Under the pieces are notes generated by a model, which saw nothing but the letters and a program-made list of their open reading frames with translations, made no database searches and was not told the origin of the DNA. 64,000 nucleotides of DNA, taken from positions 50,716,001 to 50,780,000 of the forward strand of contig OX597831.1 in assembly GCA_951406725.2 (NCBI GenBank), written 5' to 3'. The stretch comes from Octopus vulgaris. Taxonomy: Eukaryota. Shown here piece by piece: positions 1-13,784 of the stretch. How positions within the stretch are numbered: position 1 is the first letter of the stretch; each line of letters opens with the position of its first letter. A program made the translations under genes and the position numbers.

Positions 1-258
1 TGTACGTGACATTGCTGCATCTTATAACAGTTCAGTTTATATCTTCACGTCACATTACAAACGAGAAAATATTGCAATGAAAGAGTTCCAGTGATCGTGC
101 GACTGGCTCAAAGTAGCAGTGAGATCTCCTTCAAACTTCACACATCTTGAAAATGTTTGAATATACGAACTAACCCATTCCTTGTGATAACGTTCCGAGA
201 AAGAAATCGGAATTCTTACACATAGGACGCTTGATTTAGAAGAATAAAGTTCGTCAAA

Positions 259-672
259 GGCGCAGGCTTGGTTGTGTGGTTAAAAATCTTTCGTTCAAAT
301 CGTATGATCTTGGTTTTAGTCTCACTACATCGCACCTTGGGCAAGTGTCTTTTATTATAGCTCTAGGTCAACCAAAACCTTGGGAGTGAGCTTGGTAGAC
401 GGAAACTAAAAGCCCACCATATATGTATGTGAGTGTGCCTTATTGTTTGTGCTGTAGTTGTTCTCTCTGCCATACCACCAACGTTTGATAACCCATGTTA
501 GTTCGTTTACGTCAACGTAGCTTAACGCTTCAGTAAAAATAAATTATAGAATACGTTCCAGGGGGAAAAATAAGCACTGAGGCCGGTTTATTTGACTAAA
601 CTCTTGAAGGCAGTGCCACAGCATGGCCGCAGTCCAGTCACTGAAACAAAATATAAGCTTAAAAGATAAAAG
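259..672 (+). mobile_element. tRNA-derived SINE family A, old diverged copy
   Basis: GGCGCAGG head, ACCTTGGGCAAGTGTCTT core and CAGCATGGCCGCAGTC..CTGAAAC tail, matching intact copies such as 44338-44767. Confidence 0.8.
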
Positions 673-1832
673 AAAGAAGCGATATAACCAAACAATTTAA
701 TGAATAGTACGGTACGATGAATGTCGGTATTCTTAAATAGAGGAAAGCTGAAATAAGGTTCATCATAAATTTCGAGTCAATATTATTTTGAAAAATAAAT
801 TAACAGAACTTGATATTCAAACATTTTATTTGCTTGGCAGATTATTTTATTAAATACTTAAAGGAACAGTATTTGTAATAAAGCCACGTAAATCCACCAT
901 CTAACGAAGCGGTAAGCTTTATTGATAAAACAATTTTAATTATACGGTAGCAATTTTCTCTGTGAAATCAACGGTTGCAAGCAAAATTACTTTTATTTCA
1001 TTACTTTCTTGAATTTACATTTTTCACTAATGCTTTCTCGGTTTTAAGGCGTCTTTTCAACAGCGAAACGCAAGCCGCTAATTCATATTTGCATATAAAG
1101 AAAAATACCTTTTTGAAATATTCTATTTTCCCTAACAAAATCTTGAATATTTCATCCGAAATTTTTCAGCGTAACATCACACACACACATACACACACAC
1201 GCACACACACACGCAAACATATATATCGTACTTTGTGGTACTCAAGACGCACTGTGTTATGAAATACTTTGAAGATTATCGTGCATTTTCCAAGAAGCTA
1301 GTTGAGAATCGCAGAACAGTTCATGAGAAGAGCAACAAACCACCATGTAGGTGACTATTTCTTTGTTATCTCGCTCAACGATGAGCAGAAGCATTCAACG
1401 GTGTTGCCTGCTAATTTTGTCTAACAATAGTTACTTAGGCATTTAGCATGTGCCTGCCGGTCAATTTCCGATCTTTTGGATGGGGCTATGATGAGAATTG
1501 TTTCTCCTAGAATTAAATTTACAAAGATCAAGCTGCCTCTTCCACTATGTTTTATCTACAAAGCCACAAAATACAATATATGCATACTTGCCCCACACAC
1601 ACACACACAGGCGCACATACATACGTACATACATATATACATGTATACACAAATATATATCAGCGCCAAGCAGTGTTTAAGCATAAACAAAATTTAGGTT
1701 AGTTAAAATATGTTTGTGACATATTTTAACAGCTAAAAAGCAAATTCACTGCAGTAGTCGCGAGGAAAAATTCCTTCTTTTGGTAAAAAAGTGTAAAAAC
1801 ACATATCTACCCAGAGACGCCACATGTCAGGC

Positions 1833-1879
1833 ATACATACACATACATACATACATACATACATACATACATACATACA

Positions 1880-1908
<29 letters not shown>
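1833..1908. repeat. (CATA)n microsatellite
   Basis: Direct reading. Confidence 0.95.
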
Positions 1909-1913
<5 letters not shown>

Positions 1914-1963
1914 AACTTATCATATCTGTAATAGATAAACTTAAATATATAAAAAAAACAAAA

Positions 1964-2196
1964 GTCGGCGAGCTGGCAGAAACATTAGCACGCCGGGCGA
2001 AATGCGTAGCCGTATTTCGTCTGCCGTTACGTTCTGAGTTCAAACTCCGCCGAGGTCGACTTTGCCTTTCATACTTTCGGGGTCGATAAATTAAGTACCA
2101 GTTACGCACTGGAGTCGATGTAATCGATTTAATCCGTTTGTCTGTCCTTGTTTGTCCCCTCTGTGTTTAGCCCCTTGTGGGTAGTAAAGAAATATA
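1964..2196 (+). mobile_element. tRNA-derived SINE family B
   Basis: GGCGAGCTGGCAGAAAC head, B-box-like GAGTTCAAACTCC, GGTCGACTTTGCCTTTCA body; repeated at 12521, 15417, 27074, 28797. Confidence 0.9.
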
Positions 2197-3712
2197 GATA
2201 TAAAAACGACTTAGATAAAAATAACATTTCAACTTGCTTTTATGCCAAGCTTCTTTCGGTTTCTTGCGAAGTAGTTATTGGATTTTTGCACACCAGCTTG
2301 CATTTCCTTGCGCACAAGCCTGTATCAGCTGTCTTTTGCACATCTTTCTGCAATTAGTTACTGCAGTGGAAATATCACTGAACTGTCGTTATCGTTTTTT
2401 CTTTCTAAATTTCCACTTGGATGAAGATGGTCAGATTATTGTAACTAACCGACCAAGCAAACCAGCGAAGCATGTGAACATTTAAAAATTAAGGTCAAAG
2501 CTGATAAACAAGAAGGATAAAGCGAAGTAAGATAAGGCTAAATTAATGCCTATAATATAACATTTATAATTACATGGAACAACATGTACTGAAATAATAA
2601 AAAAGACAGCCATTATAAAATAACAGCATACCAATACCACCAACAACAGTTGACAAAAATTTTACATCATAACATTACCAAATTTGTAATGCAACTACGA
2701 CAAAATGAAACACCAGAATAACAATCATAATGATAATATTAAAAAATGTATTGGAACTATTTGCTATTTCGGGGATGGAATTAATGTTCAATCATGGCTG
2801 CCTTGAAGCGTCTATAAACAGTCAATAATAAAAAGAAGGTATTGATATGAAATTAAGCAAAAAATCGTCATAGAAATGCAAACTATGTGAAAGAAAAACT
2901 ATACAAATAATTCCAAGCGAAAATATTATTTTCGCGAAGAAAAGGGAAAAACAGTACATATGAAAGTGTTTCAAGTTTAACTGATACAGATAAAAACCGA
3001 TACGGAAAAAAAATATAAATGATGATTTAGTTTCCTTATTTATTCACATAACTGGCAGAATATAAATTTAAGTCCACTCATTACACTGTTGTAACACGAT
3101 TTTTGTACATGGGTAGCAACTGTTATTTCCTATTGGCTTACCTCGAAAAAGTATGAAAAATAACTAATATTTCCTTCATAATTTGTTTTTGTTACATTTA
3201 TTCAGACTCCTAAGAATCCTTCTCAACACATGGCTATGAAGCTCCCCCACTACCCCTGCTCATGATCAGTGATGCATATATTGTCGGCAACTAACAGACA
3301 TGCTCAAATGGTTACAGTGGAGCAACTGGCAAGCAAATCTTTGGTACTGAGCAGATAGTTTACTGTAACGATATTTCTGCTTCAGCAACTCAGAGCTGAA
3401 TCTGTCTGAAATGTAATGAAAAATGGATAAGTATCAACACATTAATGTCCAGGTCACAGAAGCAAACTTTTAATGGAATAGTAGTCATTTTCTTTTGTTT
3501 CTAGATAGAAACAAATAGGAAATAACACTTACTGACCAAAGTAAGAAAAGAAATTAAAACTTTGTTGCACAGTGTTGTTGATCCAATCCCATCACGCTGC
3601 TCCTTGATTGCCGTTACCATAACAGCAGCCCCTTGTTCCTCTTTGTACTACCTTCCTTAAGATGCAACATTCTCAATGATGAGTGTAAATGCATAGGAAT
3701 TACTTGTTACAT

Positions 3713-4109
3713 GAGGCCATGTGGTAAGTAGCTTGCTTACCAACCACTTGGTTCTGGGTTCAGTCCCACTGCGTGGCACCTTGGGCAAGAGTCTTCTACT
3801 ATAGCCTCGGGTCGACCAAAGCCTTGTGAGTGGATTTGGTTGACGGAGACTGAAAGAAGCCCGTTGTATATATATGTATATATATATGTGTGTGTGTGTG
3901 CTTGTGTATCTGTATTTGTCCCCCAACATCGCTTGGCAACCGATGCTGGTGTGTTTACGTCCCCGTAACTTAGCAGTTCGACAAAAGAGACCGATACAAT
4001 AAGTACTAGACTTACAAAGAATAAGTCCTTGGGTCGATTTGCTCGACTAAAGGTGGTGCTCCAGCGTGGCCACAGTCAAATGATTGTAACAAGTAAAATA
4101 GTAGAAAGA
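3713..4109 (+). mobile_element. SINE family A
   Basis: B-box GGTTCAGTCCC, internal (TA)/(TG) tract, family tail; high similarity to other copies. Confidence 0.92.
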
Positions 4110-4635
4110 CTATATACATATGTTTGTGTGTGTGTGTATGCGTACGTTTCTACACATACACACGCGCGCGCACACACACATATATACATATATTTGTGTG
4201 TGTGCGTGTGTATGTGTCTGTGTCTGTGTGTGTGCATATGTTTGGTGAGTATAACATCTGAGTGAGAATCGCTTAAGGCAGGGCCTAGTGTTGATGCTAT
4301 TAAACAAGACCATAGATCCCAGTCGGCTACTCAAGAATATGAGGGATTTGTGCAGGAATTTCAGGCTATCACTCGCAGTGCTGGAGCGAAAGTGCTGAGA
4401 ATGAGATCAAACCTGAAACTGCAAAGTTTCACAGGACTGTAACAACACAGCCATCTCTGTGCCTTGCTGATAACTACCATCCTTAAACACTTATGTTGGG
4501 GAAGAGCAACCGATGAAGTGCACTGCAGTATGTATCTGGTCATTTGCTTTATTGAGCACGAACGTTTCGACCTAGGTGAGATTTGAGCTCAGAATGTAAA
4601 GTATCATAACTAAAGCAGTAAAAAGCACTACCGCC

Positions 4636-4636
<1 letters not shown>

Positions 4637-4678
<42 letters not shown>

Positions 4679-4707
4679 CATTATCATCATCATCATCATC
4701 ATCATCA

Positions 4708-4805
<98 letters not shown>

Positions 4806-4806
4806 G
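4637..4806. repeat. (ATT)n/(ATC)n compound microsatellite
   Basis: Direct reading; source of the spurious poly-N/D ORF. Confidence 0.95.
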
Positions 4807-5679
4807 ATTTCTAACGTAGGCACATATATTCACAGATGTTGGAGCGGAAAACATTCGATTATATCCACTTCCATGTTACCGATCTCTATACGGGGCATTT
4901 TAAAATCAGAAAGTAAATTTAACTAAAACTAAACCATGCAATATATATTTTGTTTACCCAAATCACAGAGGCATACGTTCACAGACATGCAGAAAGATGC
5001 ACATACACACACAATCATTTATATTTATATATCGACGTACCGCATAAACATTTGAACAAATGCTTTTGATCGTAAATGCTATTTTATTTCAGAACTTTTG
5101 TTTTCAGTGCAAAACTTGCCCATTTTCCCTACCGTCATTTAAATCATTTAATCACCAATTTTGTTATGAATATTATTTCTGCGAGCCTTTGTACGTTATG
5201 TTTGAAATTATAATCATTATCTAAATTACAGAAGAGATCTTTGTCCTTAATATGTTTGATGTTCCACTTGAATGTTGATGTTAGTGCATAAAATATCTGC
5301 ACATGGGGAAATGTTTATAGCCAGCTGATGGAAAAGATAACAAAAGAAGACACGTAATTGCCCACAGTTTTATTAAAGACCAACGCATCTTTTGATTAAA
5401 TAACAAACTGAATGTTTTTATATGCTGAGATGTATTAAATATAACAGAAAAATGAATATTATAACATAGAAATCATCACATTAATTCAGCATTTTAGAAG
5501 AAAGGCTACAATATTAAAAATTTAACTAAGTTTTCGTTATGTGCGAGATAAATATTTAAAAACAGTGATGAAGATATGTATGTTCAAAATTCTGTCAGAT
5601 TTGAACTTGAAATGCTCTGTAACTTCTGTGCTATTTTCGCTGCCTATACATGATATAATACAGTATTCATTATTAATTT

Positions 5680-6350
5680 AGGCGCGGCCTTAAACTTGTG
5701 GGCGAGGGACAACCGATTATGTTTAGCCTTGTACTTTATTTTATTAACATTAAAATGATGGAAAGCAAAGTTTATTCTGACGAGATTTTAAACTCAAACC
5801 GTAATGAGCTGTAACAGTTTAAGAACAAGACCAACAAGTTTGAAATATTAGTCGATATCATCAAAACCAGTACTTGACTGGTGCCCTGTTTTACAGATCC
5901 CGAATGGATGAAAAATAACGTTGGTCCCAGCAGAGAGACGGAGAAAATGTATTACATCCGACGCTCCAAATATTCTGCCATTTCATTGCACCTTACAGAA
6001 ATTTGAACCTTACTCTTATAATTTTCTAACTTTCTAATTGTTTCTAATTTAATGACAGGAAGAGCAATTTCTGAGGGAAGGAGAGTAGTTGATTACATCG
6101 ACCCAAGTTCTACCCTGATACTCTGTTTTACCGACCTAGAAATGATGAAAGGTACTGCTGATCTAAGTTGGATTTGAATTCAGAGCGTAATAATCCGATA
6201 CAAATACTCTAGTGCATTTTGTCCGACAAAGCGGTGAACTGGCAGATTCGCTAGCATTCCTTCCGGCTCTTTACCATCTGAGTTCAAATCCCGCCGAGGT
6301 CAACCTCGCCTCGATGTAACTGATTTGTCCCTCTCCCCTACAAGTTATTT
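5680..6350. mobile_element. Cluster of degenerate SINE-B-like fragments
   Basis: Partial GGCGGTGAACTGGCAGA, GAGTTCAAATCC and GATTACATCGACCC motifs in both orientations. Confidence 0.55.
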
Positions 6351-6594
6351 GCTTTGAACCTAGCAACAGACCGCCGGTCTGTTGCTAGGTTCAAAGCTAG
6401 GTTCAAACTGCTCCACAGTTAATGTTGTGATCTCGCCAGTTGCCATGGAAGCCGGGTAACTGGCTTTATGAGTCCTAGGGCTGAAGAAAAATAAAACAAC
6501 AACATTTTCTTCAGCCGTTTCAAAGATTCTGCCATTTCACTTTTCTGATAATATTATATTAATTCTTTCTAACATTAATACTAATGATTATTTA

Positions 6595-6825
6595 ACACAT
6601 GCGCATACGTGAGACACGTGAGATAGAGAGTCGTTGGAGAGGTCATAGGATGTGTGACGAAATATTTCAGACAAAAGTACACTAAAATAAGAATAGTAAT
6701 AAAGTTGAAAGGTTAATAGACAAAAAAATGTGCGTGTGGTTAATAGGCAAAAAATGTAACCATCCCCAAATATAACAATATCTGCTTCAACACAGGATTT
6801 CATATCAGGAATCTTGCAAAACAAA
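6595..6825 (+). mobile_element. Dispersed repeat of the same family as 32838-33029, with hammerhead-like motif
   Basis: Shares GAGGTCA..GATGTGTGAyGAAA and CCATCCC..AACAATATCTG.TTCAACAC with the 32.8-33.0 kb copy. Confidence 0.7.
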
Positions 6826-6843
6826 TGTTAGTAATACATACAC

Positions 6844-7241
6844 TTACATGTTTCAGTTATTTGACTGCGACCATGCTAGAGCACCATTGTATAGAGTTAG
6901 TGAAATAAATCGACCCTTGTACTCATTTTAATATTAGTGCTTATTCTATCGATATCTTTCGTCGAATTATTAAGTTAGAGGACGAAAACGAATTATAAGC
7001 TGGAGAATCAAAACACACATATACACACACACATTTCTTTTATTTCCTTTATAGGTTTCAGTCCAAAGGCTGTGGCCATGCTGGAGCACCGCCTTTAGTC
7101 GAGCAAATCGACCCCAGGACCTATTCTTTGTAAGCCTAGTACTTATTCTATCAGGCTCTTTGCCGAACCGCTAAGTTACGGGGATATAAACGCACCAGCA
7201 TCGGTTGTCCAGCGATGTGGAGAGGGACAAACACAGACACA

Positions 7242-7279
<38 letters not shown>

Positions 7280-7474
7280 TATAACAATATATATATATAT
7301 ATACATATATACAATGGGCTTCTTTCAGTTTCCGTCTACCAAATCCACTCACAAGGCTTTGGTCGGCCAGAGGCTATAGTAGAAGACACTTGCCCAGGGT
7401 GCCACGCAGTGGGACTGAACCCCGGAACCATGTGGCTGGTAAACAAGCTACTTACCACAGCCGCCCCTGCGCCT
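6844..7474 (-). mobile_element. SINE family A: degenerate 3' part (6844-7000) plus full copy (7034-7474)
   Basis: Reverse complement of the family consensus, ending at ..CCTGCGCC. Confidence 0.88.
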
Positions 7475-8295
7475 AACTCGTGGTCTTTGTAGTCATTCAT
7501 TTACATACTACGCATGTCTAAGTGAACAAAAATATGTATAAAAGAACATGACTTAGATATGAATGTATAACCGTGCGTGTTAATGTACTTATGAATATTC
7601 ATAATATGTATGTGGTTCGTATCATATAAATATTCCTGAAAATATACTATCATCCCGAAAAGTTAGCAGAGCGTGAAATTCCAACAACTCATACACCGCT
7701 CTTTGTCTTTGATCCTTATTTTGTTGATCCTTTAAATCCCTCTCTTCCTACAGACCAGATATCTTTTTCATTACTTATTGTATCTTATTCATTCGTTCTA
7801 TTATTCACCTAAATAAATACTAGACAAGTAAACCTATGCTTTTTGCAAATTAGTTCTATATTAGAACACATATCTTCTTTCGGCGCCAACTTCTTTGAGA
7901 AACCTATTTTGTTATTTCGATTATAAGATATTGTTGTTGTTTTGGGGTTTTTTTTTCGATTTTTAATGATTTTAATGTATTTATATACTGCTTTCTCCTC
8001 TGAATTTGTTTTGCTCCGGGCCCATTTTATCCTTAAAGTAGAACCTAAGTAGCAATATTTTGAGTACATCTATTGCCTACTGATATATATACGGAGGTAG
8101 TCAGCTTATTCTATGAGGTGTAGTTGATGTTTCGAAACGCCATGTATCCTTCTGAGGATTAGTGACTTCGCTCCCATATCAGCGCCCTTCTTTATACACG
8201 TCTCCATATTTATATATATGTTTGCATATGTATATTTGACGTGAGTGTTAATATTCAAGCAAAATAATATATAACTAAGAAGATTACGAAATAAT

Positions 8296-8299
<4 letters not shown>

Positions 8300-8379
<80 letters not shown>

Positions 8380-8395
8380 TATATATATATAGATA

Positions 8396-8463
<68 letters not shown>

Positions 8464-8470
8464 GATATAT

Positions 8471-8513
<43 letters not shown>

Positions 8514-8618
8514 AGTATATGTATATACATATGTATATATGTATATACATATGTATACGTATATACATATATGCATATATGCATATATGGATATACATAC
8601 ATATACATATATATATAC

Positions 8619-8678
<60 letters not shown>

Positions 8679-8869
8679 GAAAGAATGGAGTTGAACGACG
8701 ATTTAACAAAATTCCTTTATTCTCGACATATTCTCTGACGTGAATTTGCTACCCGGGTATCGGTTAACCGAATTATCCATACTAAGATAATTCATTCAAC
8801 TACTTATATATATATATACATATATATATACATTTATATATATATACATACATATATATACATATATGT

Positions 8870-8950
<81 letters not shown>
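8300..8950. repeat. Long (TA)n-rich arrays
   Basis: Direct reading; explains the poly-YI ORFs. Confidence 0.95.
8674..8731 (-). mobile_element. Truncated 3' tip of the PLE family seen at 23484
   Basis: AAATGAAAGAATGGAGTTGAACGA..AACAAAATTCCTTTA.TCTCGACATAT is nearly identical to 23484-23541, and both abut (TA)n. Confidence 0.8.
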
Positions 8951-9405
8951 CAAATACATAAACTGCAAATGAATTGCACGTGACTTTAATTTTTTAAATT
9001 ATTATTGTAAATAGGCATTAAATGACAGAGCTTTAGTTTGATTCTCTGCAACCCAAATAATAAGTGAAGTTTACATAGAATCTGGAGGGAATAATTAGCT
9101 TGGTATGTGACAGAATAGATTGCTACTAGAAAATAGCGGTCTCGTTCAAATTAAAACTTCTAGTCCTTTCGCTGATCAGCAGTTTACATATTAATTGAAC
9201 TTAGCCTTAGCGTGTGTTGTGTTGACAGTAATTATCTTTCTTAATAGAATATGTGTTGTTTTTGCTGCTATTTTTTTGCTCATTAGGGAATGATAAAAAA
9301 CTAGTTGATTGAGAGTCACTTCAAAATAAAATTTATATAATAGGATAAAAAATAATAATTACACGAGTTTTGTAATTTCCTTAGCAAATCAGCTAATTTG
9401 GCCTA

Positions 9406-9813
9406 TACTCTTTTTTTTTTACTCTTTTTACTTGTTTCAGTCATTTGACTGCGGCCATGCTGGAGCACCGCCTTTAATCGAGCAAATCGACCCAAGGACT
9501 TATTCTTTGTAAGCCCAGTACTTATTCTATCGGTCTCTTTTGCCGAACCGCTAAGTGACGGTGACGTAAACACACCAGCATCGGTTGTCAAGCAATGCTA
9601 GGGAAACAAACACAGGGGAACACACACTTATATATATATATACATATATACGACAGGCTTCTTTCAGTTTCCGTCTACCAAATCCACTCACAAGGCATTG
9701 GTCGGCCCGGGGCTATAGCAGAAGACACTTGCCCATGATGCCACGCAGTGGGACTGAACCCGGAACCATGTGGTTGGTTAGCAAGCTACTTACCAAACAG
9801 CCACTCCTGCGCC
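9406..9813 (-). mobile_element. SINE family A, young copy
   Basis: Full head-to-tail match to 42040-42431 and 62298-62707. Confidence 0.95.
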
Positions 9814-11658
9814 TATGTTAACACTTAAATTGGATGATCATGTAGTCCATTTTAATCATAGAATTATTTGAATTCATTCAGTTGATTGACCCTTTAAATT
9901 TACGTTTGGTCTGCTCTCTTAGCATGAACGATTTCAACCTTCCACCTTTCTTATTAGATGCTGTAAGGTTCTCCCAGATTGTCTTACAATATTAGTTGTG
10001 AAATAGCTTACAAAATGATAGATTTTTTTCTACAAATTTCTGAGAAAGCATACAAGAAACTACAATTTTTATACTCATTGCATCCTGTATAAGAGAACTA
10101 AAATTTTATTCGTCTTTTATTCATCACAGTCTAATGTCCTCTAGAACTTCTCTGAATTTCACGACGCCAAGTACCCAAGATATTACCCCTCACTCTCTTC
10201 CTCGCTCTCTTTCCCTCTCTCCCCCTTTCTTTAATTAGTGTGACTATAGAAAACTTAGAGTTCAGAACTCAAAGAATTAAACACGCAGCAAAAATTAGTT
10301 GCATCTACTCCTCAAATTGCTGTATTGTATATGTTTATTATCTCTAATTTTAGTTGTGTAAGCAAAGCTATTCGTATTACAATGTCAATATACGAGAGAT
10401 GGTTGGGTTCTATTTAAATTTGATATCGCGAATGTCTGATATTTGGTCTTTTCTTTTTAACCTTTAACTTATGCTCTGTTATTTCTACACAGTCAAAATA
10501 AAGATATTTATCAATAAATACATTACAAATAAACTGCAATTCAGGCCATTATAAAATATTTATTTGTAATTTACTTTTCGTTGTTGTACCGCCTGATATA
10601 AAATCAGTCAGAACGGTATAGCTCTTAAATGAAACAAATTCCTCATTGGATCAACTGAAGAAACAGCATTACATGATGTGGTTGCAAAGCTCTTTCTAAT
10701 ACAACATTGTTTCATTCACGTTTTCTTCTCATCACCTCCATTGTTTAAACATTTTCTCAACCGTGAACTACTAGAATTAAATTTTACAATCATAAATTCT
10801 AAAGACAACATTCGAATTTTTAATAACATGGTGCACACAGCTTGAATGCCAACGAAACGATAAACTGAGCATATGATCAGCAACCTTGAAGCTATCTTAA
10901 ATCATTATTTGATTCAAATCTGGCTGAAGAATAACAACTGTATTTGACTGTGTTTTGGTTCCATATCTCCTATCTAAAAACTGTGCTACAACAGTCTGAG
11001 CTTCGTTCAAGACGAATTAAGTTCATTAACTCATTTTTTTTTTGCTGTCTGAAAGAAGGGAATATGTTCTTAGTCTTCGCAGAATTTCGATGTCTCTGCT
11101 AAGAATTAATGCCATTAATGCTCGTCTGGAACCGTTGCAAGTTAATATTGGTGTGATATTTGAGTAGATAGGGAGTTCCAGACGACTAATGTTGTGAGAG
11201 TGAAAGACTGGGTACGAGAGTAGACGCAATAAGACTAATGAGTGGAGGAGACACAAGTGGTTCGCGAATGCTTAACTAAGGTCATATTGCCGGAAGAAAT
11301 GCCGCTGCCAGCGTGCTGCAACGAAAATTGGAAAAATACTTTCAGTATGTGGGACTTGTTAGTATTTGTTCTTAGGAAATATAAGCTCTAAGACGTTATG
11401 CATGCTTTTATACCAAACGAAGAAGAATCGTCATCCAGAAAGAACTCCTCATGAGGAATCATCACCCCAAACTGCGCTACCTCAGTAATCATCAGTCTGG
11501 CTCCTGCTACACCTTCATATTGCCAGAACGTAATGAATGAAATTGCGGTATTTAACGACGAACGATTGGGCTTTAATTATAAAGGTTGAAAGCAATGTAT
11601 TTTTAAAGGTTTTCTTTTACTGCTACACCGAAATGTAATAACTACAATAAAGTCATAA

Positions 11659-12283
11659 GGTGCAGGCATGACTGTGTGATAAGAAGTCCCACTGCGCATC
11701 AACATAGCCAGGTATATTCCAGTACAACCCCGAGTCAACCAAAATCGTGTGAGTGGATTGGCTCAACAGAAACTTAAAAAAAAACACCATATATGTGTGT
11801 TTATGTTGCCCACCACCGACTGACAATCCGTGCGGGTTTTTGAAGTCACTGTAACTTAGTAGTTCGGGCAATATATACCGATAGATTAGGGTCAATTTGT
11901 TCGAATACACCAGTTTCCCAACCTATTTTCCTCCAGGTCTCACTATAACGTTCCACAAAAATGCATGCCCCACCGGTGGCTGGAAAAAGCAACTTTATTT
12001 TTAATATTTTATCACAATTACTTATTACAAAAGAATCTACCGGTATCTCTTTTATTAAGTATTGAGTACAAAAAGAAAGTACATTGTTGACTAAGAAAAA
12101 AAAGTGACTCACTTCAATGAGAAACTTGTGTCTGGCGATTACGACACCATGTCCCACAACTTTCTCAGGCTCCATCGGTAGGGCATATGCCCCACGTTGG
12201 AAATCACTAGACTAAATCCTTGAAGGCAGTGCCCCAGCATAGCCACATTCCATTGACTGATACAAGTAACAATAAGAATAAAA
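11659..12283 (+). mobile_element. Old SINE family A split by a MITE
   Basis: Head to GGGTCAATTTGTTC (about 11902); the tail resumes at GACTAAAT..GAAGGCAGTGCCCCAGCAT (12210). Confidence 0.75.
11911..12209. mobile_element. hAT (Charlie-like) MITE
   Basis: Termini CAGTTTCCCAAC / GTTGGAAATCACTA form an imperfect TIR; degenerate 8-bp TSD GAATACAC / GACTAAAT. Confidence 0.65.
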
Positions 12284-12520
12284 TCATCGTAGTCAATCAA
12301 CCTAATAACACGATTTCCTTTACATGAACTTTCACTAATTACGTACATAAAGTTGGTTGATGAGTGAACTAAAACAATAAGACGAACAGCGAGAATCGAA
12401 ACAATGGCTAACATGTTCATTCTTTATACATTCCGGCAGATTTGAATGGGAACATGTTATTTCTTACACGTACATTCCATTGCATTCCCTTCTTATTTTA
12501 TTTACTCTTTTCGTCCTTCT

Positions 12521-12749
12521 TATTTCTTTATTGCCCACAAGGGGCTAAACATAGAGGGGACAAACAAAGACAGACAAAGGGATTAAGTCGATTACATCGA
12601 CCCCAGTACGTAACTGGTACTTAATTTATCGACCCCGAGAGGATGGAAGGCAAAGTCGACCTCGGCGGAATTTGAACTCAGAACGTAACGGCAGACGAAA
12701 TTCCGCTTGGCATTTCGCCCGGCATGCTTAACCATTCTGCCAGCTCGCC
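12521..12749 (-). mobile_element. SINE family B
   Basis: Reverse complement of 1964-2196. Confidence 0.9.
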
Positions 12750-13276
12750 TCTTTTCTTCTTTCTGTCTACCATATTTCAGACTGTAAGTTGTAATTTAAG
12801 GGAGAATTGACTTATTATTTCCAGTACATTAAGCGATCATGTAGATTAGATAAATTACCGTGGCCTGTGTTATGTAGGCGATTGTGCATGAAGCGTAAGA
12901 GAAGAAAGCCAACATGTGCTATAAGAAAACTGGCTTAATCTGTTCCTACCTCTACCAAAATAATTACATATTCACTCTTAATACATTTCAGCAGATTTGA
13001 ACCGAAACAACCTAATCATTATTGTGTTGCCTCTTCAGAGAACAACTTCTTTCAAACAATGTGCATTCATAACACATTCGATTCACTAAAGTACGTTTTC
13101 TTTGAGATAACGCAATATTTCGACCTGGTTGTCTATCTTCAGGAAATGCCACTCCTGAATCAATGATTCCATTGTAGCATTGTAGTTCTTTATAGAATTC
13201 AATAAGCAAATTATTTTCTGGTGCATGCTAATATCAGCCAAACCGCTAATAATGGCTATTTATCAATATATCAACA

Positions 13277-13678
13277 TTCTCTCTTTACTCCTTTACTTCT
13301 TTCAGTCATTTGACTGTGACCATGCTGGAGCACCAACTTTAGTCAAACAAATCGATTCCAGGACTTATTCTTTGTAAGCCTAGTACTTATTCTATCGGTA
13401 TTCTTTGCCGAACCGCTAAGTTACGGGGACATAAACACACCAGCATCGGTTGTCAAACGATGTTGGGGGGACAACCACAGACACAAAAGCATATACACAC
13501 ACACATACATATATATATATACATATATACGACGGGCACCTTTCAGTTTCCGTCTACCAAATCCACTCGGCCTGAGGCTACAGTAGAAGACACTTGCCCA
13601 AGGTGCCACGCAGTGGGACTGAACCTGGAACCATGTGGTTCGTAAGAAAGCTGCTTATCACACAGCCACTCCTACACC
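13277..13678 (-). mobile_element. SINE family A
   Basis: Family consensus with a small internal deletion. Confidence 0.92.
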
Positions 13679-13784
13679 TATTGAAATACCTCCCTGCAAT
13701 TTGAAAATAAATTCTGCCATTGCTATAACGTACACTTGATGTTCCCACCATTAAGCATGCGTTTTGACTAGTATATTGTGTACA

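Noticed and set aside
2230-2360. Possible minus-strand terminal exon (similar weak candidates at 3533-3648 and 12990-13165)
   Set aside because: Splice-like signals only; no recognisable homology or consistent gene model.
3100-3380. Sequence that looks like a dispersed repeat
   Set aside because: There is no second copy in the window and no clear termini, so it cannot be supported.
8110-8190. Minus-strand CTGATAT..GGAGCG/CGTTTC-GAAAC hammerhead-like string, and nearby ORF 7809-8069 (YCYLGST)
   Set aside because: The core and stem III are too degenerate, and the ORF motif is too short to assign.
8106-8738. Long poly-YI ORFs (also near 19.2, 37, 38, 43, 60.7 and 63.4 kb) and poly-N/I/H ORFs
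   Set aside because: They are translations of stop-free microsatellites with no protein-like complexity.
11026-11570. Higher-complexity stretch with a minus-strand acceptor-like site near 11317
   Set aside because: All frames close quickly and I recognise no protein family; it remains unexplained.
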